Assembly (NCBI RefSeq): GCF_006345805.1
Contig: NW_021831682.1
Span: forward strand, 1-36,905
Direction of reading: 5' to 3'
Origin: Octopus sinensis
Lineage: Eukaryota
DNA: 36,905 nt
The position numbers were made by a program, and so were the translations under genes. Position 1 is the stretch's first letter. Every line of letters begins with the position of its first letter. Below the pieces are notes generated by a model that worked only from the letters and a program-made list of their open reading frames with translations, had not been told where the DNA came from and made no database searches. Below are positions 34,282 through 36,905 of the stretch, piece by piece.

Positions 34282-34771
34282 TACGATTTTAGTAACAAAA
34301 AAAACAATTGCTGTTTGTATTTAAAATTATAAGGACTAATTGCATTCTATAAAATTGGATGATAATTAAAAAAATGAGAATTCTCACGTTTCTGGTGAAA
34401 ATCTCATCAAACCATCTATTTCATTAATCTCAGTTGCTCTCGTAAGAGGCAACGCAACGTCAATTATGTTGGCGGGGTCCACTTCGGATAGATGGCTTTG
34501 TTAACTTCTAGTAAATAACAGTTTCATTAATTCTATCAGATCTGATGGGAAATTTTAAAATCCGATTAGCAATGATTCGAATAATTTAGATTTGTCACAA
34601 ATGGCTTATATTTCAAAAAATTTTCAACTTATTAATAAACGGCCGAAAATGTAGACAACCTTTATTTTGAGAAGTATAGCACCAACCGGCATCCTATACC
34701 ATTTTCAAGTTAATTTGTCTATTTTTTTTCATCTAAATGGTGCATTAAAAAGTTAGTTATTAGATTAGTAA

Positions 34772-35255
34772 TTAATTAGCAGCAGAGGATAAGATGGAAT
34801 GGCAATTCCCACGCAAGATGGCTATTGATATGCGTTGGAAAAGCCATGTCCGTTCCCGACGATCATTTCTTCTTCTGCTTACCAAATCCCCCAGCTTAAT
34901 AAGGAATTTTTTAGTTCTGGAGCCGAGGACTCCCGATGTCTCCACTGCAATCGGGGCAAAGATATGGCGGTGAAATAGTGCACTGTATTTCTTGATTTTT
35001 AGCGTTTCGGCCAGGTTGGCTGCGGAGCCCGGCTCTAAAGCTGACGTCAAGATTTTCCCGGCGGAGAAGGTATCCGTGCAAGTAGCGTCCCAAATGAGAG
35101 ACTTGCCACTTTCAAATGGGAAGGTCGTTAGACCATCAGGACGTTTACCATCCTCCCGAGCCAGCCCGACCGGTTCCAGCTGTGAAGGGAATTTGTCTAT
35201 TATGAACTTCATTCAAAGTGATCTGATGATCAGCTTCAATCCAACTGATTAATTC
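34772..35255 (-). mobile_element. 5'-truncated CRE-clade non-LTR retrotransposon, restriction-like endonuclease domain
   Basis: EPVGLAREDGKRPDGLT...LIWDATCTDT...AETLKIKKY...PIAVETSG...QRISIAILRGN is the PD-(D/E)xK RLE C-terminus typical of CRE-like elements. Confidence 0.85.
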
Positions 35256-35269
35256 AAGGACAGTTGCGA

Positions 35270-35390
35270 GGGATACTTGTATCGCCAGCGTATTGGAATT
35301 GCGGTTCTTCGTGGCAAACAAAACACACGCGATACAGGCTGCCGGTGCGTGACAATCAATTACTACTTCCTCAGCTTAGTATTTACTATT
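35270..35390 (+). mobile_element. Second CRE-like 3' fragment in opposite orientation
   Basis: EGYLYRQRIGIAVLRGK matches the terminal QRISIAILRGN block. Confidence 0.55.
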
Positions 35391-36081
35391 TGTTAATATA
35401 ATTTTTTATTCTGAAAAAAATAATGCCATTATGAAAATTGTTTGGAAAAAAGTTTGAAAAAACCCTTACTGAAATGATTTGATTAGTGGACTTATTCGGA
35501 ACATTTTCGATTTATCCACACGAACCACTATTTCGCATTAAAACTGATTATAACAATTATTTCACAAAAGTAATTGTAGATTGAAAACACCGCATAATCA
35601 ACTTAAATTTGCAAATATTCGCTTAGAATAGATTCGAAATAGATAATAAGGCCTATATTCGTAGTACTATGATAAGGAAAATTTTGGAAAGTATGAAAAT
35701 TTAATACAAAAACTCGTGAATTAACACAAATAACTGTCAACAGTTGAAATCAGCGATTTGACTATCGTAAAAAACGTTTTTTAAAGAAGAAAAATAATGT
35801 GAAATTAATAAGTAGGCAAAAAAGACTCTTAATTTAAAAATCGATGCAAGATCTTTTGACGAGAGGACGACTATGAAGAGGATAGAGAGTAGTTCGAAAT
35901 GAAGACGTGAAAATTCTATTAGATTTATTTCATTTTGAATAAAATGATTAATTGATTTATTAAATAAGTATCAAGTTGGGTTTTATTAATTGTTTTTTAA
36001 ATTTTAGATTAGACAACTATCATAAGAATTAATATACGTTGTGAATTATTCATATAAATAAAATCATTTCATTATTTAGAC

Positions 36082-36773
36082 CAGCGGTTCTCAAATGCGG
36101 CCCCCGGGGCCGCATGTGGCCCCCAGGATTTTTTTTGCGGCCCCTCTAGAGTAACTAACTTTTTAAATTTTTTAATAATGTTAAAATTTAATTATTTATT
36201 CTTAAGGTTAAACATATCCATAATTGGTGATTTAATTAATCAATTTGAAGCACGTTTTGGGGTACATTTATATAAATTTAATTTTTAAAATTTTAAAGAA
36301 TTCTTTCCTTTAATGAAAATATTTGCAACTCCATTCAGCGTGGAAGTTAGAAATGCGCCTGCAAAGTTTCAACTAGAACTCATTAATTTACAACATGATA
36401 TAGAACTGGCGGCATTGTTCAAAAATGCGTCCGTTATTAATTTTTACGAATCAAACAATTCTACGTCAGCTTTTACGAACTTCTTCGACTTTACTTATTC
36501 TGGATTTCAAAAACTTAATAAACAAATAATATTTTCTTTTTAGTTACAACGCCTTTTGTAGATTTTTTAGCTTTTATTTCTTTATAAAGGAAATGAAACT
36601 AAAAAAAAAAGAGTCCAAAAACTCATTACGCATCAGCAGTGGTTGCATTTCGGATTGCAAGCAAGTTACCGGCTTGGAAAATATAAAATTATATAAAATA
36701 TTTTTTGTGCGGCCCGCGAAGCTAATCTTAATTATCGATTTGGCCCTTGAGCTAAAAAGGTTGAGAACCCCTG
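36082..36773 (+). mobile_element. Non-autonomous hAT (SPIN/Buster group), 692 bp
   Basis: TIRs cagcggttctcaa / ttgagaacccctg and exact 8-bp TSD atttagac (36074-36081 and 36774-36781). Internal remnant FATPFSVEVRNAPAKFQLELINLQHD resembles the SPIN/GTF2IRD2 transposase C-terminal region. Confidence 0.9.
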
Positions 36774-36905
36774 ATTTAGACAAATTAAAATTATACGATG
36801 ACAAAGACAAAAATGAATAAAACTTCTAAAATGAAAAAATTCCGAGTCATATAGCATTTGGAAAGAAGATGGGGAAACTTCCGAATGATTAAAAAAATTC
36901 AGGCC

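Noticed and set aside
35480-35620. Possible Merlin/ISXO2 remnant
   Set aside because: Only a weak H-x-N-H resemblance, with stops and no TIR or TSD.

Overview
AT-rich animal genomic DNA with ultra-short spliceosomal introns, mostly 21-32 nt with a few of about 60-77 nt. The gene set (classical calpain, adhesion GPCR, C-type lectin, Sushi/CCP, MRPS10, BLOC1S1) and the intron sizes fit a dicyemid-type compact genome; this is inference only. The raw ORF track is therefore misleading, and I rebuilt the gene models by hand. 1-4063: nested transposon stack, in which a SPIN-like hAT fragment is interrupted by a second hAT that carries a CRE-like retroelement fragment and a full-ended non-autonomous Helitron, followed by a Buster element. 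4110-12896: a ~3.9-kb tandem duplication (mucin-like secreted gene, anamorsin/CIAPIN1, hAT with 8-bp TSD) whose second copy starts exactly at the TA beside a pogo/Tigger TIR. 13144-18435: calpain and XAB2/SYF1. 20421-24869: a C-type lectin and an adhesion GPCR. 24916-27015: decayed Sushi-repeat and dynein heavy chain sequence. 27604-33430: MRPS10, orphan genes and a lesioned BLOC1S1. 34772-36773: CRE-like fragments and a hAT derivative. Best leads: (1) an adhesion GPCR whose ectodomain is built from a regular train of 12-33-nt micro-exons, six consecutive ones phase 0-0; (2) a duplicated secreted Thr-rich gene with about 19 non-synonymous versus 1 synonymous differences, next to anamorsin with 4 versus 7; (3) GG-AG and GT-TG introns in otherwise intact core genes; (4) a Cys-to-Tyr change in an anamorsin Fe-S motif. 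All coordinates and counts were done by eye.
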